A stretch of DNA of 64,000 bases from Takakia lepidozioides (Eukaryota > Plantae > Bryophyta): NCBI GenBank assembly GCA_030704615.1, contig CM060734.1:1054001-1118000 (forward strand), written 5' to 3'. Of this stretch, positions 1 to 11,835 are shown piece by piece; position 1 is the first letter of the stretch; every line of letters starts with the position of its first letter. Position numbers and translations under genes: made by a program. The notes under the pieces were generated by a model. That model did no database searches. It saw only the letters and a program-made list of their open reading frames with translations, and was not told the origin of the DNA.

Positions 1-2227
1 GGAAAAGGACAAGGAAACAGGTGACTGCAGTAACACCCAAAAAGAAGAAAACCATCGGGGCATCAGAGGAGGCGCAGGAGGGGACCCAAGAGAGTGACTC
101 CGACGCCGATTTTGTTCAAGGTCCTGCGACTGCTGTTGCTCCTACCCAGTCCCCGGTCGTCCGGGTTCCCAAGTCAGTTCGGAGTGGGATTGGCTCTGCC
201 AAGAAGTTGGCATTTGAGGGCGAGCCTACACGGCGGTATTCGGCGGTGACGTTTACGCACAGGCCAAAGCTAGAACCTCCAACCATCATCCAATGCGTCA
301 ATGAGAGCTTCCTTGACGCTCTCGCTGCCAGGGCGAAGAAGGTGGCATACAACAAGTCTCTGGCGGAGCAGAAGGGGAAAGCCAAGAAGAGGGCTGCCGG
401 TACAGAGCCTAAAGCACCCCTGGTTTTGAAGCCATGATGGAATTCTTCACGGCTGTGAGCACGAATTGCAAGAGCACTCGGGGGGGGGGTTGAGGTGGAG
501 AGAGCTTGCGACATGATTCTCCTCGACATTCCAGATGGGGAGCTGCTGGAGGGCCTGGATGGTGTGCCCACCTGGAACAGGTTTACTGAGGACTACTGGA
601 AAGCCGGGTTTGGGCTGGCGGGGATGCTTCTGGATGACGGTGGATGTGTGGTTGTCCTTGCCATGAGAGGGAAGACCACAGAGAATGCGGTGGCAAGGTG
701 GACACCAAAAAGTGTCACCCCGGTCCTCCTCAGAAAATGGTTCTGCATCAGTACGCAGGGGTTGCGAACAGAGGGCCAAAGTGTAAGTTATCAATCTATT
801 GCATTCACTTCATATTGTGGTGTATGTTAAGTAGACCCTGGAATTGATCCCTTCTTTGTTGGATGTGCAGACATTGGTGTTTGAGGCATATTGCTTTGTG
901 AAGAGAGGGTCTACGTTCAAATTCCGCAACGACGGTCGTCTTGTTGATGCCGTTGTGGACCCTGTAACCTACGATGTCCTCTACAACTATGTGCCCCACT
1001 CTAGTATGCCGAAGGACACAAAGACAGGCAAACCGTGGCGGTACAGCCGGACCCGGAGCCCTGCTTTCATCCAAACCCTCATGGAGACGTGCTCGGATGT
1101 CCAAGGGCGGATTCTGGACCTCACATGCGGCACGGGTAAGCCTTCACGTGCTCAGTTTGTCCCCTGGCCCCATTGCAATTGCATGCCGCAAGCTATTAAC
1201 CGCCCGCTTTGTTCCTCAGGTGCTTCAATGTGGGCAGGGACGTTGTCCGACAGGCATGTGTTCGCCTTCGAGCCAGATACTGCCCTCCACAACTTGGAAC
1301 TTGCAGCGGCTGAACGTCTGCCGAAAGAGGAAGAGGCATCCTCGGAGGATGAGGAAAAATCCGAGAAGGAGCAGGGGGAGGAAGTTGGGATCGAGGCCGA
1401 GGAGCCCCCGGTTTACGAGTGAGTGGTGGCATTGTAAGTTGCCTCCAGATTTTGTGAGGCACCTCCCTCCGCTCTCTTATTTCATTGAAAACCCTTTCTG
1501 GTTGTGCTGGTATTGACATTCTTCAAGTGGATTTGTTCTTACTGTAGGATGCCAAGTACTGCCGGAGGGACGTCTACACCGGAGTTCATGGGCAGGAGGA
1601 ACGTGCCTTTTTTTGCCAGGGGGATTTCATGCCTAGTCCAGAAAGGGAGTACATCCTTCCTACTTATGCTGCCCGGCTTGCTTCGGTGTCCATTAGGAGG
1701 TGTTCCGAACGTAGTCGTGTACAGCAGATTTTAGACGAGGCAAGCCTCAAGAAAATGAAGATGAGGGAGGAGGCAACAGCTATTAGAGCCCGTCGGGCTC
1801 GTAGATTTGTGTTGGATTCTGCTGAGGAAAGTGGGGGAGAAGACGCAGAAGATTCCCAGGAGGTGAGGTGGACAGTCCCCCAAGGAGAGGACGGGATTTT
1901 TGAGAGGCATAGTGGAACTGATGCATCACAGAGCTCAGAGGATGAGGGGGATGAGGGGGATGAGGAAGAAGGTGGGGCAAGTTCCTCGGAGGGTGTAGGA
2001 GAGTAGTGCCCATTCCGGCTATGACAGTTAGAACACACTTGTATAGACGTGGCTTGCCACAAAATTTGCAATAAAATGTTGCATTTCAAGTCCACTGGTG
2101 CCACATTCCAACTTCACATGACCCTATTTCCGTGCCTCCTAACCCTATTTCCGTGGACTCACAATGGTCTGCTCATGCTTTTTTTTTTTCCGCTCATGCT
2201 CATGCCGCTCATGAAATAGCAGCCCCC
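1..2227 (+). mobile_element. Right arm of a MULE-like element carrying the methyltransferase-like gene; ends in a TIR and is inserted in a hAT transposase gene
   Basis: Ends in gctcatgctcatgccgctcatgaaatagcagccccc, the same end as the copy at 57901-57938. Similarity between the two copies stops there and hAT coding sequence begins immediately. Confidence 0.7.
21..2006 (+). pseudogene. 3' part of a spliced beta-class amino-DNA-methyltransferase-like gene (copy 1)
   Basis: Motifs DMILLDIPDG (IV-like), RSPAFIQTLMETCS (X-like), ILDLTCGTG (I) and RHVFAFE (II). GT-AG introns at 783-870, 1136-1219 and 1419-1547; acidic C-terminus. Three apparent frameshifts, all in C or G homopolymers (~420, ~485, ~1620). 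Confidence 0.75.
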
Positions 2228-3175
2228 GACCCAAAGTATGATGTAATGGCACAACCTGTAGGCAAAGTTCGTTTCTTACTTGCTTGACGGCTGTGCTCGA
2301 GCTTCGCAGATGCCTTCGCAGCCAAATGCGCTTTCATCGTAGCAAGCAATTCCGGATGAGCAACGTCAACATGCTTGCGCATGGCAGTGATACCATGCAG
2401 CTTGTTGTATTTCACAAGACCTTTCCGGAGCACACTATGCTTACCAACAAGCTGATTGGAAGTCATAGGCTGGGATCGACAGACAATACAACGTAATATC
2501 TGAGGATTGACATGGTCCACCTCAGCTGCATCATTCAACGCAAAGAATGACCAACAGACAGAGCCTCTATTTATTGTGTGGTTTCCAGAATTTGCCCTGT
2601 GCTTGCAAAACAAGGAGCTGCTGTTGTGCAGATTCAATTTGCGGATCTTTGAGAACCTCATCCACGATAGCAAGATCATGCCCAATCTGCTCAACCTCAG
2701 TGTCATCATGTGGTAAAATGTTGGAAGATGCAGGGATTTCATATGCTTGCAAGGCACAACTAGCTTGCTCATCCATGATTTCCCGGAGGGAGCCCAGAGG
2801 CTATAGACTCTAAGCTCGCAACAATGTTGGTCTGCCATCGCATTTGGGCGCTCAGAGAATTAACACGATAGAGATCTTCAGAAGGCGGTTGCATAATCAC
2901 TACTCATGAATGCAGCTCGGTTGTAATCACATCTCAAGGTCTTCTTCAAAAGTTGATACCCAGCTGATTTTCAAGGTTCCAGTCAGGTTCCGTGTAGTAA
3001 GCCAGGTTGCCCCCCGCCAGTTCCAGCTTGGGCCGGGTAAGTGGCGAGATGGCCCTCGCCGGTTCTAACTCAAGCCGGGTCCACCAAAAACTTGGGTGGC
3101 GGGTCTCAATAGTATGATACCCTGAATATTACCCGGCCGGGTATAAATGTCAACATATATACCTGCCCAACACTG
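2228..3175 (-). mobile_element. hAT transposon 5' arm with BED zinc-finger coding fragment
   Basis: ORF 2209..2838 contains CWSFF..LRCIVC..MRKHVDVAH (BED finger). Terminus CAGTGTTGGG on the minus strand at 3175, with subterminal acccgg/ccgggt repeats. Confidence 0.75.
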
Positions 3176-5057
3176 ATCTGGACCCAAAACCATATTTTCT
3201 TCCCTCATTTGTACTCCAAGGTTGAGTTTTCTTCAACTTCATGCACTCTTCATAGAGAGTTCTGCAATAGTGAGCGAAGAAAACACTTTTTGTTTTCATT
3301 TTTTTCATTTTTTATTCCAATTCTTTGCATAGATGCCGTGACGTGAGGGTTGAATTCAAAGAACGAAATAGAGCCAAAATAAAAATCATTATGCCCCTCA
3401 AATCCGCAATCGTAGATATTCTAAATCCAAATATTTATTTAAAATTCATTAAAATTCGATTTAATCAAAATTGGCTCTATCAGTGACTCCCTGGGGGTCG
3501 CTACCAATGAAATGTTCACAATTCTGGATGAGTTATGATGATACAATCAACGAATGGTGATGCAGTCTTCTCTAGAAACAATTGGATTCCTAACCTACAA
3601 GATCATGAAATTGCCTCGGAGTTCATCTCAACATTTAAGAAGGAGCTTGGTGCTAAACATTCACTCGACACTATATCGCTCATTCCTTCATGAGATAATC
3701 CAATTAAGATTCAAAATATCTTCAAGACATTTTATAAATTGGCAACGATGGAGCTCAAGAATCTGGATCCTAGAAGAGAGTGTTTTTGAGTGTAAGGACT
3801 TCAAGTTGTGCTTAATATATAAGTATAAGACGACATATCCCACAGTAGATCCGCAGAAGAATATTTGGTACTGGGGTCTGAAATAAACCCGACATTTTTT
3901 ACCACCGACCCAGAGGAGGTCGCTTAAGGTATTTTTCCCAAAAATTTTATTTGGTTCTATTAGCGACTCCCTAGGGGTCGCTACCAGTTTAAACAATATA
4001 TACTGGGGTTTTAAATAAACCCGACGCTTTTTACCAGCGACCCAAAGGGGGTCGCTTAAGGTTTTTTGGTCCTAAGAACTTTTTGCTTATATCAGTGACT
4101 CATTGGGAGTTGCTCCCAATTTAAACAATATTTAACTGGGATTTCAGCTAAACCCGACAATGTCTATCAGCGACCCCGAGGGGGTCGCAGTCGGTTTTTT
4201 GTCCAATTTTTTTTTGGGTGCTAACAACGACTCTTTGGGGGTCGCTTCTAGTTCCCACAATATTTTATTGGGGTCTCAAACACCCGACGCTGTTTACCAG
4301 CGACCCCGAGGGGGTCGTAGTAATTTTTTCTTTCCTTGTTTTCTCTGGGGTACTGCCAGCGACGCCACGGGGGTCGCTTCTAGTTTTCTAAGCAAAAAGT
4401 TCTTAGGACCAATATTCTATTGGGGTTTCAAGATAACCCGACGCTGTTTATCAACAATCCGTAGGGGGTCGGATTGGGTTTTTTGTCCTAATTTTTATTG
4501 GGGTGCTCGTAGCGACGTCCTAGGGGTCGTATTTAGGTTTTGTTAACAATGACCCGAACAACGTCGTTGTAAGAGAACGTCCCTTCCGGGGTCGCTTACG
4601 GGTTTCCTGCTCAAAAATCAAACTATAAATTGAGAATTAAAATAATCAAAATCAGAAATTTAATAATCAAATTTGATACTAGAGGCGACGCCAAGGACGA
4701 CACTAGCCATTTATAAAAATATATTTTGTTCTTGAATTGGACCCTCGGGGGTCGGTTGGGGGCCAAAGACCGTAAGCCGACTTCAGAGAGGTCAGTTTTA
4801 GGACTGACCTCCAGGGGGCGCAGTTGGAAACCGACCCAAAATCACCACGGCGGAGCGACGCCTGGGGAGTCGCTCAAAATGACTTGGTCATTTTGGGATT
4901 TTTAGCTGTCGAGGTGGTCGACATAGCAACCCCTCTGGGGTTGGTCGAAATTCGGGCGACCCTCTAGGCGTCGCTAATTCGCCGACGACGTCGGCGTCGC
5001 ACGGTTCCGCGCGTGCCGGGCCGTGGGCGTCATTAACCCCCCCTAATTGCAGTAGTG
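3176..5057. mobile_element. CACTA (En/Spm) element, one arm
   Basis: Ends ...aaccccccctaattgcagTAGTG (5053-5057). Many GCGAC-N9-GTCGC subterminal palindromes. 3176-3420 is homologous to 23882-24115. Confidence 0.8.
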
Positions 5058-6230
5058 CAGGTGTGTGACACTTGGCCACACCTCCTGAGCTAGTGTACCC
5101 ACCCCGTCATCCACGGACTTCGTATAACTCGACATAACCATGCTGTTTGGCACATTCATAAACTCCTCATGCACCACACCAAAACCAGATGGTTCTTGCT
5201 CATTAATGCTGGCACCTACCAAGGTAGATCCCTAGACCATATCGTCCCGCCATGGTTACTCCCTTGTGTCTGCCCCCACTCGCGGTTGAGTTTTCCATGA
5301 GCAGTGAGCAGAGGAATATCCCTTTCCATGAGCAGAGGCATATTTTTAGATTCTGATTCAAGGATATTCTCACAAATATCCGAGGAATATTTTGCCGAAC
5401 CTGTGCCGAGGAATATTCTATTGAGGAATATTCTTTCAAACATGTGCCAAACCAGTTCGGACCACTACCGAACCTATGGCACTGTTCGGCGCCGAACAGT
5501 GCGGGCACCTATGTTTTCTAAAAAAAGGGGGGTTTTTTTATTTTATTTTATTTAATTTAAAATATTATAAATAAATAAATAAAATTATTAAAATAATTAT
5601 TTTTAGTGTATGAAATGGGGTTCGGTGCCGAACCTTCAATCTTTGAGGGGTTATATGCAATAAAAATCTGAAAATGGGAATAGTCCATGACCTGAACCGA
5701 ACCTCGAACCTATCCCAAACCTAGAAGTGGTTCGGCAAACAGGTCCGTGCGGTGAAGGTTCGGTATCACTTCTCACTGCTCATGGATTTTCAGCCCCCCC
5801 CCCCCACTCCCCCTGCAGTACCTGCCCCGCCAGACTATGCCCTGACATCTTGCTGGTCCATGGTCTACCCGTAAATGCCCCCCCACCCACTATTTCGTCC
5901 CCAAACCTTACCATCCGCTTTATCGAATTTACATACTGCCACAATCGCTACCCCAACTCATCCTTTTTAGACAAACGACATAAATATGTCCTGCTCATCC
6001 TCGCAATTCGCCAACGTGGTTGGAACACCGTCCCACTAACCGTCATCACTGTTGGAACTAGAGGTGACATCCACAATGCCAGTATAACCGCTATACACAA
6101 AAACTTCAAAACCCCTATCTCTCCTATCCACAAATGCTTTAAGGCAATCCACCTCACGACGCTTCGTTCCCTCACAACTATTATTACCAATAAGCGGCAA
6201 CTTGAATCCAACCCCCCTTGGTACCCTTGG
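5058..6230 (+). pseudogene. 3' end of an RLE-type non-LTR retrotransposon ORF (zinc-knuckle remnant, RHN motif, PD..E..K endonuclease), split by a MITE
   Basis: Reads DTWPHLLS*C...RITRHNHAV...PPWLLPCVCP|HSPCSTCPARLCPDILLV...IEFTY...KRHKY...VITVGTRG. The frame is restored when 5282-5800 plus one TSD copy is removed. Confidence 0.7.
5282..5800. mobile_element. Non-autonomous Mutator-like MITE
   Basis: Inverted tccatgagcagtgag (from 5294) and ctcactgctcatgga (to 5786). 9-bp TSD CCCCCACTC at 5273-5281 and 5801-5809. Internal ccgaac/gttcgg repeats. Confidence 0.8.
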
Positions 6231-6574
6231 TACCTCTATCCCTTGGTTACCCGGTGTCCCTCAGACATCTACTTTCTTTATAGGGCCCACCTCCGAAAGA
6301 GGGCAGCAGCCACGAGGCGAAGTGACTCTTAGTTACGCTGGCTACGGCTGGAGTCTTCTCTCTGCTACGACCACCCCACTCGGAGCCCCCACTGCAACCC
6401 GGTTATGGGGCTCCATCTAGTAAGCGCCTCCGCCCTCTTGAGTGTCTTCGGCACTCAAGGGTCGTTCAGCCCCCACTCCTACTTCTGCCAATGCCCCCAC
6501 CATAGGGACAGCCCCTCTTGTGTGCTGACCCCCTGCACTCAAGGCAAATGGTCTTTTGAAGCTGTATTTCAAGG

Positions 6575-6854
6575 ATGAAGCGCGTCCAACAAGTTTTGCG
6601 TCCACCACCTGTGCAGTTGGATCATGAGAATGAACACGAGTACGAGGTGGAGGCAGTACTTAAATCGAGGAGGTTCAAGAATCGAGAAACAAAGTATCTC
6701 GTGAAATGTAAAGGTTACCATCATGTGGAGGTAACTTGGGTGTGTGCCTCAGAAATGGGAAACACACCCAAGGAGGTGACAGCTTTCAAATGATGACCTC
6801 AAAATCGGAAGAAGCATTAATGGGGACATCAACCTTAGATGGTGGGGGAGAGAA
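6575..6854 (+). mobile_element. Chromovirus (Ty3/Gypsy) integrase C-terminal chromodomain fragment plus polypurine tract
   Basis: PPPVQLD...EYEVEAVLKSRR...KYLVKCKGY...TWV, followed by ggtgggggagagaa (6841-6854) and then TG. Confidence 0.75.
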
Positions 6855-7927
6855 TGCATGTGGGTATTTGCAGGATTGGGTGTCTCAGTTTTTGTGTAAC
6901 ATGGCAGTTTCTGCAGTGACCCTCGTTCATGGTTTTACCCATATTTGTCCAACAACTCCATATTTCATCTAAATTTATATGGTATAGGGTTTCTAACTAC
7001 AATAGGTATGTGTACCAATTGTTAGATTGATTGATTGAAAAAACAATCATGTACCAGAGAGCCATGGACTTTTAAAGTTGATTACTGTGGAGTGCAGATG
7101 TTACACATAAAATCTTATGGACTAAAAAAACATCATGTACACTCATACACTGGCACAAAGGAAAACACACTAGGGGTGCCATTTTTAAATCCAACCCAAA
7201 CCCACTTTTATATGGACTAGTTATCTTAGGAATTGAGAGCTATGGACTATTTTGTACATAAAAACATGTTGATTTGCTCTAGTCCATAGCATATTATGTT
7301 TTGGGTTTTTGAGGTGTCGTCTTTTACTAAAAATGCATACAAACCTATAATCTAGAGGTGTCATGTGGTATATGGACAAGTGGTTGTAAATTCTAGATTT
7401 TGACGTCTAAATGTTTTTTCAAATTAAAGATTAAAATATCTAGTAAAGAATGTTTTCAATATTTGAGGAGGGACTCTTTACTAAAAATGTTATGTATACT
7501 ACTATCTATCTTTCAAAAATAAACTGAAAGCAATAGATTAAAAAAAATAAAAATCCATGACTTCCAGTGGACTCAATACGTGCCGCTTTTGATCCACCCA
7601 ATCCTGCAACTGCCCATGTTTAGTCCGGCTTAGCTAGCTCAGGAATCCGATTGCAAACACTTGTGTTGTACAAATCTTTGTTTATAAAGAGAAACCATTT
7701 CCAAATGTTGTGTTTCCTATTTTGTTTGGAATGGTGATGCATGACATGGTTGGCTAGTATGTAAAATACATGCTAGTTTACAAAAGTAAGGAGAGGTAAA
7801 TTGGACAAGTTGCGTGTTTGGGTAGTGCCAAAATTGGGTGACTCCCAACTAAGGGGTAAGGAAACTTGCGCCTTGTTTGGGAGTGCACGTGCTAGTGCGC
7901 ACCTGGCGCGCTTGTACTATAACCGCG

Positions 7928-10379
7928 CGGGTCTGTATTTTCCATGAGCGATGAGCAAACTCTCATGAGCCATGAGCAGAACCCACCGAACCTGAAACGG
8001 AGCAATCCCGAAGCTAGGCTGTAGGTTCGGATTTGGGACTGCATGCGGAAATGAACGGGAAAGTCGACACGTTTTAGGTCTTTTCTGATTCTGTCCGCGG
8101 TTATAGACATTCTATCCCCTATTTCCGATCGGTAGCTGCAGTGCATATCACATGTGAAGTCTGTGCCGACTTCCCAAACCAGATCTCGGAAGTCGGCGCA
8201 AACTTCTTTTCCAGGGAACCCGGAAGTCTGTGCCGACTTCCCAAACTAAGATAGGGAAGTCTGTGCAGGCTCTCCATGACAGAATTACGTAGGACTTTGT
8301 GACCTCATTCAATGACATGAACCCTACATCCTACGGTACTCAAACAAGCCCTGGAAATCGGCATTGACACGACGAATCCCACCGTCACAAATTTCATTTA
8401 TTTATTCTTCAAGGAAACAAGTCCAAGCAGCGATCCTGTCAGAAGGATAACTCTCCGATATAATATTTTGATTCATATGTCTATCCTGTTGCGTTGATGT
8501 CGACAACACGAACCACGGAGTCGTCAAACCACAAGTCTAGAATCAGAAGTGGTGTTGTGTTGCTCCACTGACCATTGTCGATATCTGGATGGAGATGACG
8601 CACATGAAGATACAACACCTCGATATTCAAGGGGGGTCGGGACACAAGAGGGGCTGCCCCTGTGGTGGGGGCAGTGGCAACAATAGGTACGGGGGCTGCA
8701 GCACGGGGGGTGCTAGTCCGTGAGCGGCTCACGTGAGCGGAAAGATGCGTGAGCGGGAAGATGCCAATCCGTGAACGGAAAGAAGCTCACGTAATAGGGT
8801 GCATGGGCCTACAATCGCGGATGAGGAAGCCCCGGAGAGACCTATTTCCGCGGGAATGAGTGTACATATCATGCGTACTTGGATGAATGTTGGATGAATA
8901 ATGGATGAATGATGGATGAATAATTCATGAATGGTTGAATGCGAGATGGCTGATGAATAGACATATGCTTTGCAATGCATGAACAATGGATGAGTGGATG
9001 GTTCAAGACTGGATGTATTATCGAGGGTCATCGCTCAGGTACTTCCCCGGAATGAGGATTTAGTAGATGTACCTGAACCATATATTCAGAAAACACAGAT
9101 GCAGCATGTGCTTGTTAATTCCCATTAAACCCCCTTGTAATCAATGTCGCGTTGATGCAAAGTTGATCCCTGAACTTCCCAAAAGACTAGAAGACACGAA
9201 ACACTAAGCAAGACAAAGATTTATTTCCCGAAAGAGGCGATTGAAATCCATAGCATTATCAAGGTTGCGTTAACGCAACCTTGATTGTGTCCTATACAAA
9301 ATGCAAAAAACAGTGCAAAAATGATGCTTTTATTTCTCAAATTAAGGTTGCGTCAACGGAAGGTTGATTTGCATCCTGCGACTTCAAATTTTTTTTTTGG
9401 AAAAAATATGCTTTCATTTCTCAAATCAAGGTTGCGTCAATGCAAGGCTGTTTTGCATCCTGCGACTTCAAAAAAAAAAATTAATTTGTTTTTTTGGAAA
9501 AATGATGCTTTCATTTCTCAAATCAACCTTGCGTTAACGCAAGGTTGATTAGCCCATACAAAATGCAAAAAACAGTGCAAAAAAGATGCTTTCATTTCTC
9601 AAATCAAGGTTGCGTCAACGCAAGGTTGATTTGCATCCTGCGACTTCAAATTTTTTCTTTTTTTTTTCTTTTTTTTTTGGAAAAAAGATGCTTTCATTTC
9701 TCAAATCAAGATTGCGTCAACGCAAGGTTGATTTGCATCCTACGATTTTATTTTATTTATTTTTTATTTTTGGGAAAAATGATGCTTTCATTTCTCAAAT
9801 CAACCTTGACGCAAGGTTGATTTGCATGACCCAAAAAAAAAAAAAAAAAAAAAAAAAACCGCAAAAAAAAAAGTCGCAGGATGCAAATCAACCTTGCGTT
9901 GACGCATCCTTGATTTGAGAAATCTTTTTTCCAAAAAAAAAAAAAAACTACCGTAATCATCCACTTCCATTCGGAAATCAACCTCGCGTTGACACAAGGT
10001 TGATTTCAAGTTCTCCGAAATTAACCTCGTGTTGCTGTCATCCATGCTTCATTCATCCATCTTTTGTCATCCTGCATTCATCCTACATTCATCCATTCCA
10101 CATAGCCATTAATCCTTAAGAATTTCGCCACATATTTCTCTCAAATTTTCATGCATGGAACTCGACGTCTTAGGTGCCAGACATCGTATGTTACCCTCCG
10201 CTCCACTCAACATTGCCCCCACGACAATAGGTCCTGCTTTTCCCACGGCTATAGTCTCCGCTTCCCTTATGTGCTCACGCTTAAGAAATCTGCTCACGCT
10301 TAAGAGATCTGCTCACGCTTAATGAAGTCTGCTCACGCTTAGTGCGCTAAGCGTGAGCGCGCTCACACGCTAGCTTCCC
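7928..10379. mobile_element. Probable non-autonomous MULE-family derivative
   Basis: Starts with TIR-like gggtctgtattttccatgagc and ends in gctcacgc repeats like the right end of the 12342-23562 element. Shares ggatgaat tracts and palindrome arrays with that element. No TSD found. Confidence 0.45.
9258..10030. repeat. Palindrome-containing tandem and inverted repeat cluster
   Basis: Repeated atcaa(gg/cc)ttgcgt(c/t)aacgcaa(gg/cc)ttgat, some copies perfect 28-bp palindromes, separated by poly-A/T tracts. Confidence 0.85.
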
Positions 10380-11835
10380 TCTGGTGGGTGGGCCAAGACT
10401 CACCGCGACTCATCACCGGGAGTCAAGGGTCTTCGTGGTGGTTCGCCATAAAAGGACGGTGTTGTTTGTGGAACCCCCGCTGACAGTCACAGAAGTGTAT
10501 ATAGGGAGTAATAACCCCAAGAACGGTGCAAGCCTGTTGGTGACCAAAAACTAGTGAGTAAGCGTGCGAGCCGGAAAGCGACCAAGGTGTGGGGAGCTGG
10601 AATTTCCACTAGGCCCAGAGTGAGAGGGGGTCTTGTGGAGGAGCAAAGGGGGACCGTTATGTCCCGGTGAGCAGCCGAAGCTCCGAGTTGGCCCGACAGC
10701 CAGTTTGGGAGTTAGACGCGCGCATCAAAGCGAGTAACTATGACGTGAAGGGGAGCTTACCGAAGGGAGGTGCGCAATACTTGGTATCAGAGCTTAGAGT
10801 TCAGTACGCGATTGTCCTTGAGATCGGCCTCATCATGGGATCGGGCAAGACAAAGCGAAAGCGGAACGGCCCGAAAGATGATGATCCTGGTGAGCCCGAT
10901 AGGGACGACGTGTCACCGAAACGACAATTTGAAGAGGCGATTCATGCTTCTGAAAGCAAGGCCGCTCAAGAATGGGAGGAATTTTGGGAGTCAGAGCCCG
11001 AGGACTTCCCAGAGGCTCCGCTAGACCAACAGATGTCTCCCATGCCAGTAGCCTTTTGGGAAGGGTTGTTGGCGCAGTTTGGCGGGACGTTGAAAGACGT
11101 GTTGAGGGCGGCTAATGCCACTTCCACTAAGGCAAAGTTTAAGGTGAAGCCTAAGGAACCCGACACCTTTGAGGGCGTCCAAAATCGGAAGGCACTCAAC
11201 ACCTGGCTCTTGGAGCTAGAGTAGTACTTCCGGGCAGTCAAGTTGAGTGACGAGGATCGGGTGGAAGTGGCTCCCACCTATTTGAGGGGCTATGCTCAAC
11301 AATGGTGGCAGAAACGCCTTCATGACCAAGGTCCAAACCCAGAAACCTTGAGCTGGAGTGGGTTCAAAGAAATTATGAAAAGACAGTTTGTGCCCCTCAA
11401 CGCGTCTTGGCTTGCCCGAGACAAGATGAGGAATTTGAAGCAAATGGATGACATTCGGGGATATGTTCAGGCTTTCAATGTGTTGTTGCTCGAAGTCGCG
11501 GATATGACAGAACCAGAAATGGTCTTCAACTTTGTGGCGGGACTGGCCCCATGGGCAGACGGAAGTTGGAGGAGAAGCTACCTAAGACTTTGAACGAGAC
11601 AATTGAAAGGGCTGAATGTTTCTCGGATGTCCCTAGGGGCGAAAGACAAGGCCGTACGGAGCTGAACCACAAGAAGACCCGGCGGGAGGGTGACTCCTTC
11701 CGACCGGAAAAGAAGTGGGATAGGCCACACGACGACAATGGCACATGGAAATCGAAGGGAGGGCCTTCACACGTCAAGGCGGCACCTGGTGCTCCGAAAG
11801 GAAAATCAGGTGCGGCGGCTTATGGCGGACAGAAG
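10380..11835 (+). mobile_element. Truncated Ty3/Gypsy LTR retrotransposon: partial LTR, PBS and gag pseudogene
   Basis: PBS tggtatcagagc at 10782-10793. gag from ATG 10835 with KPKEPDTFEG and YLRGYAQQWW..W..FK (retrotransposon gag domain). Stop at 11222-11224 and frameshift at ~11560. Confidence 0.85.
10782..10793 (+). other. Primer-binding site (tRNA-iMet)
   Basis: TGGTATCAGAGC, the canonical plant LTR-retrotransposon PBS, just upstream of gag. Confidence 0.85.

Noticed and set aside
9285-10045. Overlapping ORFs on both strands
   Set aside because: Artefacts of palindromic, poly-A/T repeats.
10270-10379. 5' start of the Gypsy LTR
   Set aside because: The gctcacgc repeats match MULE terminal motifs (23460-23550) better, so the LTR start is unresolved.
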